The notes beneath the pieces were generated by a model. That model worked only from the letters and a program-made list of their open reading frames with translations, did not search any database and was not told the DNA's origin. The position numbers were made by a program, and so were the translations under genes. From Candidatus Eiseniibacteriota bacterium (GTDB lineage Bacteria > Eisenbacteria > RBG-16-71-46 > CAZAMP01), in NCBI GenBank assembly GCA_965224245.1, contig OZ245046.1:1024001-1088000 (forward strand): a DNA stretch of 64,000 bases, in the 5' to 3' direction. The first letter of the stretch is position 1; every line of letters starts with the position of its first letter. Shown piece after piece: positions 1-8,473 of this stretch.

Positions 1-402
1 GGGTGGATGGGTCCAGCTGAGGGCTGGCCTCAGAGTCCGTGAGCATCCCATGGATGGGAGCGGCTCGCCAGTCAGGGTCATCGTGCAGCCGGACACTCTG
101 GACCTCGGCGTCGCGTTGTCTCCTCGTGAGTCCACGACCCTGGGTGTCCAGGCGCAGGAGGCTCCCGGGCACGGTTGACGTGACGCCGACGAAGGCTCGA
201 TCCAGTGTTCGGACACCACGCCATCCGCGACGGGCCCGCTTCGTCGGACGACCATGATGCGAACGCATCATGGTCGGGAACGTGCACCCTCTTTAATCCC
301 CCAGGTCACGGGTTGGAACGGCGCTCGTCCGAGCCGTCGTTCGGTCGGGGATCGAGGGCAGTCACGATACCCCTCACTTCGGTGATCGAAGGAGGCGCCT
401 GC

Positions 403-953
403 ATGAATCCCGGCATCCGCCTCTTCGGAGTTTCCGTGGCGGCGATCCTTCTCGCCTCGCTCGCCAGCAGATAACCCCATCGGGGGATGTCTCGTACGAC
501 ACCGCTGCACCCGGAACGGGGACGATCTCCTGGAACGGATGCATGACGATGAAGGCGAGTGGAAACGTCGGCGTCGGAACGTCGACACCCGGGTATCGGC
601 TTCAGGTTGGCAACCCGGGGGACGGTACCGAGGCCCGTGCGAACGCATGGAACCTGCTCAGCTCACGCGAGTACAAGCGCAACGTCGCACGACTGGGGGA
701 ATCCGACTACGCGGACGTGCTGGAGCAAGTCCGCCGGACGGACGTCGTGCACTACGAGTACACCGCCGACGAGGCTCGAACCCGACACCTCGGCATCATC
801 GCGGAGGATGCGCCCGCCGACGTGGTGACGCCCGACGGCCAGGCGGTGAGCCTGGGCGACTACGCCGCGTTCCTTCTGGCCGCGATCAAGGCGCAGCAGG
901 CCGAGATCGAGGTGCTCGGAGAGGAAGTCCGGGCGGCCAGGGAGGGACGTTAG
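403..953 (+). pseudogene. Probable internally deleted/frameshifted secreted protein with C-terminal peptidase S74 (tail-fiber intramolecular chaperone)-like domain
   Basis: SD GGAGG then ATG at 403 encodes a signal peptide (MNPGIRLFGVSVAAILLASLAS) that stops at 474. Another frame (543-953, open upstream to ~470) encodes GNVGVGTSTP...SSREYKRNV...HLGIIAED and a coiled coil, typical of S74-type C-termini. Confidence 0.6.
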
Positions 954-980
954 GTTCTCGTCGTTCGCAGGGAGGGGCTG

Positions 981-1691
981 CTACGCCGGGCCGCCCCGGC
1001 GACGGTGCCTCCGCGCTGCGAAGCCGGCCATGCAGAGAGCGAGCACGGCCAACGTCGCGGGCTCCGGAATGGCAGTCCGGGCCTCGCCGTGAAGCGTGAA
1101 CGCCAGGTTGTATGGATCCTCCGCATGCCACTGGGTATCGCCCCAGTAGGCCGCGGATCGCTGATAGAGGGGAGGAGTCGTGCTGAGTCCATCTCCCGTG
1201 GCCCAGAACCAGTCGGAAGCGACGGTCGTCGTGTTGTTGGCGATTGACAGGTTGTAGCTCGTCCCGCCGAGAAGCGTCGGTGTATCGGCGAATGATGTCG
1301 TGTATCTAAAGACGTCGATTCCGAAGATCGTGCCGGCGAAGCTACGAGTGACCGAGTTGCCGACGTTGTACGATGAGACGAGTGCTCCAGGACCACTACC
1401 TCCCGAGAAGAAGCTGATCGTGAAGTCGTCCTGGGCCGGGATGTCGAGAGAGTTGAAGTCATATCCGCCGTACCAGATGACGGTATTGACGGTGGCGTCG
1501 AAGCTCAGGAGGAAACCGTCGGCGGTTTCGAAGGAACCGCCAACGGTGTCGTCATCGAGATCGCTCAGGAAGCCGCTTCCCCAGTTCATCGCCTGTTGAA
1601 ACAGAAACAGTGCTTGCGCCTGCCCCACGATGCTCACGAGAAGTACCGACGAGAGAAGGACGATGCGTCGTGCCGAGAGCGTGCGGAACAT
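981..1691 (-). CDS. PEP-CTERM sorting-domain surface protein
   Basis: N-terminal signal peptide (MFRTLSARRIVLLSSVLLVSIVGQAQA). C-terminus IPEPATLAVLALCMAGFAARRHRRR = PEP + TM helix + basic tail. GGAGG precedes ATG at 1691. Confidence 0.9.
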   Translation of the reverse strand: MFRTLSARRIVLLSSVLLVSIVGQAQALFLFQQAMNWGSGFLSDLDDDTVGGSFETADGFLLSFDATVNTVIWYGGYDFNSLDIPAQDDFTISFFSGGSGPGALVSSYNVGNSVTRSFAGTIFGIDVFRYTTSFADTPTLLGGTSYNLSIANNTTTVASDWFWATGDGLSTTPPLYQRSAAYWGDTQWHAEDPYNLAFTLHGEARTAIPEPATLAVLALCMAGFAARRHRRRGGPA

Positions 1692-1755
1692 CGGGGACCC
1701 TCCATCCTGCGACATGGATCTCGACTCAGGCGGACTCCACGTTACACAGGGTCAC

Positions 1756-1771
1756 GCAAGCGACGTGCCAA
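1756..1771 (-). promoter_or_regulatory. sigma54 (-24/-12) promoter of the PEP-CTERM gene
   Basis: Minus strand reads TTGGCACGTCGCTTGC, matching TGGCAC-N5-TTGC, about 65 bp upstream of the start codon. Confidence 0.8.
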
Positions 1772-2103
1772 TCTGCTTTAACTGTCACTATTACAACGAC
1801 TTATATGATCGATGGGGTTGCCTGCAGCTCCGCAACCCGCCCGAGCCGTCCGTGGAGGTGTCAGGGCAAGCGATCCCGTACTGAATGCCAATCGTGCATT
1901 CGCGAGCTAAACACCATAGTTACTCGGACTTGTGCTGACCCAAAAAACAGTCGGGTCGGCCTTACACCGAGCTGCCCCACCTTGCTCGAGTCGGCTCCGT
2001 GTCCGTGTCATCCACCGCGATCGATGAGGCTGAGAGGCAGTACGACAGCGAGCGTCGCCGGCACGTCACCTACGGTTCTCGTGTCTGGGCGACGCGAGGC
2101 GGG

Positions 2104-4578
2104 TCAGTCGCACTGGAGTTGCATCCTCGTGAGCAGAGCCTCGAAGCGAGGATGCGATCGGAGCGGATCCAGTCGCGGATGGACCTTGATGAGGGCCAGT
2201 GTCTGATCGTGCGCATCGAATGCACGCTCCAGCCAGTCGAGGGCCGTCTCCACGTCCCCGAGGCACGCGTGAACCGAGGCGATCCCGTACGGCGAGACGT
2301 AGCGGGTCCTGGCCAGGGCCTTGATCTGGTCGAGGATGGCGAGCGCATCCTCCCGGCGGCCCATCCGCGCATAGACGTGAGCCAGTCCGGACGAGGGTTC
2401 CGGCGGTCCCTCGGGCGCGAGCGCCTCCGCCTTGCGGAACTCGTCGATCGCCTCCTCGTAGCGGCCCGCCAGCTCCAGTGCGCGCGCGAGATCCGTGTGA
2501 CCGGCGAGCAACGTCGGATCCATCTCGATCGACTTGCGGTAGTAGACCATCGCGTCCTCGTACCGGCGCGCGTAGAAGAACATGTCCCCCACCGAGGTGT
2601 GAAGAAGCGGTGAGAGTGGATCGAGACGAAGCGCCTGCTTGACGCAGGTGATGGCCTCCTCGTGGCGTCCCAGTCCGGAGAGAAGACCCGCGTAGAACCG
2701 GTAGGCGGTGGCGTACCCGGGGTTCAGCTCGATCGCTCGCGTGAACGACCGCTCCGCGGCGTCCCAGTCCCAGTCCCACATGCGCTGGATGAATCCCAGG
2801 GAGGTGTGAAGCTCCGCCCAGCCGTCGTCGATCGCGAGTCCCTGCAGGGCGGCCGTCTTCGCCGTCGGGTACGCCTCACCGGAGGGGAGCGCCTTGATGT
2901 TGCCGAGCACGCTGTAGCTGTCGGCGATACCGGCGAAGGCCAGCGCGAACAGGGGGTCGAGTGACCGGGCCTGGTCGAAGAACCCGATCGCGATGCGCAT
3001 GCCTTCGGGAGTCTTCCAGCGCGCCCACGCGTGTCGACCCTTGAGATAGGCCTCGTACGCCTGGGCGTTCTCGGTCTGGCGCCGCGCGAGCGTCTGCATC
3101 TCCTCGTGGCTGAGCTCGAAGCGAAGGTGCTCGGCGATCTCCCGGGCGAGCACGTCCTCGATCTCGAGAATCTCGGCCACGGTCCGGTCGAAACGCCGTC
3201 CCCACAGGACGCCCCCGTGCGCGGAGTCGACGAGCTCCGCCCGTATGACGAGCTTGTCCCCGCGCTGTCGCAGCCTCCCGGTGAGGATGGCGCGTACGCC
3301 GAGCTCGCGTCCCACGACCAGCGGATCGTCGCCGTGCTCGCGGAAGCGGACCACCGTGCTGCGAGCCATCACGCGCAGCCGCGGCAGACGCGAGAGATTG
3401 TCGATCAGCGCATCGGTGATGCCGTCGATCAGGTACTCGGAGTCGTCGGTTGCGCCGTCGTTCTGGAACGGGAGCACCGCGATCGAGTCGATCGTATCCG
3501 CGTGCTCGGCCTCCGTGGTCGAGATCCCACCGCGGGAGCTCGCGTCCGCACCGCGCTCCATCGACCGTCGCACCGCGGTGAGCTCGCGGAGCAGATCATC
3601 CGCACCCGCGTGACGCCGACCGGGGTCCTTCTGAAGACATCGATCGATGACGCGCGCCAGGTCGACCGGGAGCGAGGGGTCGTGGTCGGTCACGAGCCGG
3701 GGCGAGCGATTGAGAAGCGCTTCGAAGTAGGTAGCCGGCGTGCTTCCCTCGATGGGCACCTGGCCGGTCGCCATCTCGTACAGCACGACCCCGAGCGAGT
3801 ACAGATCGGTGCGTGCGTCGAGATTCTGGCCCCGGGCCTGCTCCGGAGACATGTAGAGGGGGGTCCCGGCCACGAGTCCGGACTGGGTGATCTGGTCATC
3901 GGAGGTCTCCGGGGCGACGAGCTTGGCCAGCCCGAAGTCCAGGATCTTGGCGAGCCCCCCGTGCGTGATGAACAGGTTGGCCGGCTTCAGGTCGCGATGC
4001 ACGATTCCGGCCCGATGTGCCGCATCGAGTCCCGACAGGATCTGCTCGGCGAGATCCAGCAGTCGCGAGACGTCGAGCCGGCCCGCATCGAGTCGCGACC
4101 GGAGCGTCTCTCCCTCCAGGAGCTCCAGCACCAGGTACGGCCCCCCCTCGACCTCGCCGATGTCATGGACCGTGCAGATGTTCGGATGATTGAGCGCGGA
4201 GGCGGCCCGGGCCTCGCGGAGGAAACGCTCGACGGGCGCGGGATCGGTGTGCGCCATCGGAGCGAGCATCTTGATCGCGACGGACCGTCCGAGCCGGGGA
4301 TCCCGGGCCCGATACACGACGCCCATGCCGCCTTCCCCGATGACGTCCACGATCTCGTACCGGTTCAGGCGGTCGCCGGCGCGAAGGACCCGGGAGGCGG
4401 CCGGGGTCTCCAGAAACCCCGACTCGGCGGAGTCGAAGGACCGGAGAAGGCCCTCCACATCGCTCCGCAGCTCGGGGTCGTCACCGCAGGCGTCGTCGAG
4501 CAGCCGCTGCCGGCGCGCTGGCGGGAGCGTACACACCTGCTGGAAGAGCGCCTCGGCTCGTTTCGCGCGACTGGTCAT
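2104..4578 (-). CDS. Ser/Thr protein kinase (Hanks type) with TolB-N-like (SIAVLPF) domain and TPR repeats
   Basis: Motifs GEGGMG, VAIK, HRDLKPAN, DFG and GTPLYMSPEQ; SIAVLPFQN domain; C-terminal TPRs. The N-terminal 'ACGDDPELRSDVEGLL' segment is typical of ECF-associated kinases. Confidence 0.93.
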   Translation of the reverse strand: MTSRAKRAEALFQQVCTLPPARRQRLLDDACGDDPELRSDVEGLLRSFDSAESGFLETPAASRVLRAGDRLNRYEIVDVIGEGGMGVVYRARDPRLGRSVAIKMLAPMAHTDPAPVERFLREARAASALNHPNICTVHDIGEVEGGPYLVLELLEGETLRSRLDAGRLDVSRLLDLAEQILSGLDAAHRAGIVHRDLKPANLFITHGGLAKILDFGLAKLVAPETSDDQITQSGLVAGTPLYMSPEQARGQNLDARTDLYSLGVVLYEMATGQVPIEGSTPATYFEALLNRSPRLVTDHDPSLPVDLARVIDRCLQKDPGRRHAGADDLLRELTAVRRSMERGADASSRGGISTTEAEHADTIDSIAVLPFQNDGATDDSEYLIDGITDALIDNLSRLPRLRVMARSTVVRFREHGDDPLVVGRELGVRAILTGRLRQRGDKLVIRAELVDSAHGGVLWGRRFDRTVAEILEIEDVLAREIAEHLRFELSHEEMQTLARRQTENAQAYEAYLKGRHAWARWKTPEGMRIAIGFFDQARSLDPLFALAFAGIADSYSVLGNIKALPSGEAYPTAKTAALQGLAIDDGWAELHTSLGFIQRMWDWDWDAAERSFTRAIELNPGYATAYRFYAGLLSGLGRHEEAITCVKQALRLDPLSPLLHTSVGDMFFYARRYEDAMVYYRKSIEMDPTLLAGHTDLARALELAGRYEEAIDEFRKAEALAPEGPPEPSSGLAHVYARMGRREDALAILDQIKALARTRYVSPYGIASVHACLGDVETALDWLERAFDAHDQTLALIKVHPRLDPLRSHPRFEALLTRMQLQCD

Positions 4579-4905
4579 CGTGTCGACGTGGGCTGCGACG
4601 ACATGGAGATCTCCCGGGCCGGTTCGATGTCGAGCGAGTCGATGTTACTCGATCCGGGACCGCGGGTGCACCCCGCCGTATTGGGGAGTCGGCGCGCGCA
4701 GCGAGCGAAACCCGGGCGCGTGCCTCGTCGTACCCGATCGAGTATGCTCTCCGGGCGCCGCCCGAACGCGGCGTCCGGATGTCGATCCGGCTTCCGATGA
4801 AGCCCGGGTTCGTCACGCGACGTCGGTCGATCCGACCGACACCAGAAAGGAGGCTCGTGATGTGCGAAAAGAAACGTCATTCCGCCCAGAAACCAGGAGC
4901 CTCCA

Positions 4906-5676
4906 ATGGTCGACCGCCCTCTGTCCGTACCGTGCCTCGAGCAGTTCTATCAGGACGGCCTGATCACCCGTGACGTCCGCACCCTTCGCAGCGGCAAGGA
5001 AGCAACGGTGTACCGCTGCGTGGCCGACGTTCCGGTCGACCTGATCCCGACCGCGCCGTCCGTGCCCCTGAGCTCCGTTCCCGGCCATCTCGCCGCCAAG
5101 GTGTATCGCGAACGCGCGAGCCGCGGGTTCAGGTCCGAAGCGACCTATCTGACCGGACGGCTGCGACCGGGGAAGCGATCCACCCGTGCCATCGTGCAGC
5201 GATCCAGACTCGGGAAGCGGATGCTGGAGGGACTGTGGGTGTCCGGCGAGTTCGAGACCCTTCAGCGTCTCCACGAGGCCGGCGCCGACGTTCCGACACC
5301 CGCGGCCCGTACGTCGCGGGCGATCCTGATGTCCTTCGTGGGGACCGACGGCGAGCCGGCGCCGGCATTGAGGGAGGCGCGGCTCGATCCGACCCGCGTG
5401 CGCCGTGTGCTCGATCGGATCCTCGACAACGTGGACCTGTTCCTCGGGGAGGGAATCGTGCACGGAGATCTGTCCCCGTACAACATCCTCATGGTCGGCG
5501 AGGATCCGGTGATCATCGACTTTCCCCAGGCCGTGCGCGCGGCGTCGAATCCGTCGGCGTTCGAGCTGCTGGTGCGTGACGTCGCCGGCGTCTGCGACTT
5601 CGCGGCCCGCTTCGGGGTACACGTCGATGCCTGGGCCGTGGCCGGGTCGATGTGGCGCCGACACCGTCACGCATGA
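4906..5676 (+). CDS. RIO1-family atypical protein kinase
   Basis: Motifs SGKEATVY, AAKVYR, VHGDLSPYNIL and IIDFPQAV. Confidence 0.9.
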   Translation: MVDRPLSVPCLEQFYQDGLITRDVRTLRSGKEATVYRCVADVPVDLIPTAPSVPLSSVPGHLAAKVYRERASRGFRSEATYLTGRLRPGKRSTRAIVQRSRLGKRMLEGLWVSGEFETLQRLHEAGADVPTPAARTSRAILMSFVGTDGEPAPALREARLDPTRVRRVLDRILDNVDLFLGEGIVHGDLSPYNILMVGEDPVIIDFPQAVRAASNPSAFELLVRDVAGVCDFAARFGVHVDAWAVAGSMWRRHRHA

Positions 5677-5719
5677 CGGCGACGCGCCCGCCGAGCACGG
5701 CTCGTGAGCGAGGGGCGTT

Positions 5720-5749
5720 TTCCAAAAAACGACGGGTCGACAGTATAAT
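5720..5749 (+). promoter_or_regulatory. Possible sigma70-type promoter
   Basis: TTCCAA-N18-TATAAT in an otherwise very GC-rich intergenic region upstream of the 5937 gene. Confidence 0.4.
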
Positions 5750-5936
5750 CGCGTTGGGGGGAAGGATCGGCACCCGGCAAGACCCCGCCGGACGTGCCGA
5801 TGGTGGTCACGAGGTCGAGGATTCCGAAGCACTCCGGGCCGCACTCTCGTACATGCGAGCAACCGCCTCGATCGGGCCGCCGACGTGGGAGGGCCCGAAG
5901 GCAGCTCGGGGCCGGAACACACGGAGGTCGACCACC

Positions 5937-7598
5937 ATGTCCGGATCGACGCACACGCACCCCCTCACCGGGCTCGTCACACGGATTGCGTTCAGCATGT
6001 CCGCGGCGACGATCACCCTCGTCCCGATGATCGCCCACGGCGCCACACCGTGGTCACGGACCTACGGAGGCGCCGGCACCTACGAGCAGCCGCTGGACGT
6101 GCGAGAGCAACCCGACGGCACCCTCATCGTCGCGGGCGTGTCCGACTCGTTCGGCACCATGAGCGGCGACGTGTGGTGGCTCCACCTCGGCGCCGACGGT
6201 GGCGTGATCTCCGAGCGGGTTCACGGCAATGCGCTCGCCGGGGGAGCCGCCGACGCGACCCTGGACCCGGACGGCGGAATGGCCGTGGTGGGCGCGCACA
6301 CGCTCGACATCTTCAGCGACCGCGATGCCTGGGCTCATCACGTCGATGCCGCCGGGAACGTGGACTGGGCGGTGAGCTTCGATGCCGACCCCGGCATGCA
6401 CGCCTTCTACGGGGTCGCGCCCACCTCGGACGGTGGCTACGTCGCGGTCGGGTCGACGGCGTTCGACAACGGCATCCCCATTCATGCCTGGATGGTCCGC
6501 TTCGACGGCGCTGGCTCGGTGCTGTGGCAGCGTCAGTACCACGCCGGCGTGGCCGAGCACGCGAACTTCGTGGTCGAGACCGAGGACGGGGGCTTCGCGG
6601 TCGCCGGGTGGACGACCTCCACGGGCGCGGGAATGACGGACGTGTGGCTGATGAAGACGGACTCCGCCGGCGCCATCGAGTGGCAGAAGACCTACGGCGG
6701 CGCCGATCAGGAGGAGGCCACGGGGCTCATCCAGACCTCTGACGGCGGCTACGCGCTTTCCGCCTTCACCGGCTCCTTCTCGGCGGCGGGGCACGGCGGC
6801 TGGGTCCTTCGCCTGGATCCGGCCGGTGAGGTGATGTGGACCGCGGCGATGGGGGACGTCTGGGGCGACGTCCGTGACGTCGTGCAGACTCAGGACGACG
6901 ACCTCGTCGTGACGGGACGCCTCACGGGGCCGGCGACGAACGATCTGTGGCTGGTCAAGCTGCGCGACGTCGACGGCACCGTGGTGTGGCAGCGCTCCTA
7001 CGAGGGAGCCGAGGGGGACTGGGGCAGCCGCTCGGTCGAGCTCGCCGACGGGGACCTTCTCGTGGGCGGGATATGGGGCTACGGCTTCCCCGAGGAGGAC
7101 ATGTGGCTCCAGCGCACCGACGCCACCGGCCTGGTGGACGGGTGCGCGCTCATCGCCGACACCGACCTGACGCCGTCGAACCCGCGAGCCGTGGTCGCGG
7201 ACGCGGAAGCCGTCCCGGGCACGCCGCGACCGGTGCCCGAGCCGATCGCATTTGTGTCGAGCGTGTCGACCGCCGTGGTCGATACGAAGTGCGGCGCGAC
7301 CATCGGCGTGGAGGATCCGGATCCCTCGATCGTGGTGAGCAGCCCGCTGCGCCTCGTGTCCAGTCCGGGCGCCGGACCCTCGACGATCGTCTTCGAGCTG
7401 TCCGGCATCGGACCGGCGCGCGTCGACGTTCACGACGTGTCGGGACGACTCGTGGACACGGTCTACGAGGGGCCGCGGGCCGGCGGTCGCCACGAGATCC
7501 GATGGCCGTCGTCGGACTCGACGCCCGGTGGCGTCTACTACGTCACCCTGCACGCCGACGGACAGAGGTGGACGGAGCGGCTCGTGCTCACGCGGTGA
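5937..7598 (+). CDS. Secreted beta-propeller repeat protein (W-x-K/R-T-Y-G-G repeats) with C-terminal FlgD-Ig/T9SS-A-like domain
   Basis: SD GGAGG before ATG 5937; signal peptide; repeats such as 'WQKTYGG...TSDGGY...DVWLMKTDSAG'; C-terminal DVSGRLV...GVYYVTL...RLVLTR. Confidence 0.8.
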   Translation: MSGSTHTHPLTGLVTRIAFSMSAATITLVPMIAHGATPWSRTYGGAGTYEQPLDVREQPDGTLIVAGVSDSFGTMSGDVWWLHLGADGGVISERVHGNALAGGAADATLDPDGGMAVVGAHTLDIFSDRDAWAHHVDAAGNVDWAVSFDADPGMHAFYGVAPTSDGGYVAVGSTAFDNGIPIHAWMVRFDGAGSVLWQRQYHAGVAEHANFVVETEDGGFAVAGWTTSTGAGMTDVWLMKTDSAGAIEWQKTYGGADQEEATGLIQTSDGGYALSAFTGSFSAAGHGGWVLRLDPAGEVMWTAAMGDVWGDVRDVVQTQDDDLVVTGRLTGPATNDLWLVKLRDVDGTVVWQRSYEGAEGDWGSRSVELADGDLLVGGIWGYGFPEEDMWLQRTDATGLVDGCALIADTDLTPSNPRAVVADAEAVPGTPRPVPEPIAFVSSVSTAVVDTKCGATIGVEDPDPSIVVSSPLRLVSSPGAGPSTIVFELSGIGPARVDVHDVSGRLVDTVYEGPRAGGRHEIRWPSSDSTPGGVYYVTLHADGQRWTERLVLTR

Positions 7599-7610
7599 TG
7601 GGTCGATGGG

Positions 7611-8144
7611 CTACAGCGACACGATCCGGCCCCCGATGATCTCGTCCTCGTCGCCGGGGTAGTTCTCGTAGCAGATCTCCTCGATGCCCTTGGAGTACTT
7701 CGAGCGGTAGAGCCCGAAGTTCATGTCGAACAGCTCCTTCTCGAGGTGGCTGTAGCGATGGCCCATGGTGTGGTAGCTGTTCCAGAAGATGGGGGACGCC
7801 GGTCTGTGACGCCTTGACCATCCTCATGACGTCCGACATCGATCCGGCCGGCCGGTCGTCCCCACGACCTCCAGTCCGGCGCGCTCCGTCTGCTTGGCCG
7901 GGTTGTTGTCGAGGTTTCGAAGCGTGGCCATGATGATGTTCAGGTTGTGGCGGGTCTTTCCGATCTCGTCGAAGCTGTCGACGCCTCGGCCTAGCTCGAG
8001 GACCTTGCGGCACCAGAAGAGCGAGACCGCCGTGCAGATGCCCTGCGAGCCCTGGGGGTCGTTCTTCTGGTAGAAAGCGTTCTCCAGCGGGAAGACCTGG
8101 GTGGCGGCCACGTCTCCGTGCCAGAACTTCAGTCCGAACGCCGT
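7611..8144 (-). pseudogene. YopT/AvrPphB-like (C58) cysteine protease, disrupted (ACG start, two compensating frameshifts)
   Basis: Reconstructed ~177 aa contains GICTAVSLFW (Cys), YHTMG (His) and LFDMNFG (Asp). GGAGG sits 6 nt before ACG at 8144. Frame switches fall at homopolymers 7860-7863 and 7791-7795. Confidence 0.65.
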
Positions 8145-8473
8145 CGACGTCCTCCATTCAAACCGGTCGGTTGTGAGATCATTGGGATCGCTGGACCACG
8201 GGCCCCTGCCGACGTCGAAGTACCTTCTCCGGGTTGGCGCCAGGAGTCCGTTGGTGCGCCCGCTTCCTCCGGGCGTGGTCGGGGATTGTAGCGTGTTGGC
8301 AAATCGGCGTCACCGAGAGGTGCCTGGACGATACGATCCCGCGCCGGGGTTGATCCGGTCCACACGAACAGAGTCGGCAGCGCGTGATAGGAGAGGCCGC
8401 CCGATCTCGGACTGAGATCGACGGCGTGCCGCGGGGAACCGAATCCTGCGTGCCGCAACGCACGGGAGTCCGA

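Noticed and set aside
543-953. Prophage, suggested by the S74 tail-fiber chaperone domain
   Set aside because: No other phage genes are nearby. S74 domains are also common on cellular secreted proteins, and a signal peptide is present upstream.
3031-4800. 589-aa plus-strand ORF, and similar long antisense ORFs (e.g. 11519-13516, 44286-46196, 48057-49886, 52987-54630)
   Set aside because: These are shadow ORFs opposite well-supported genes, expected in high-GC DNA, and show no recognisable motifs.
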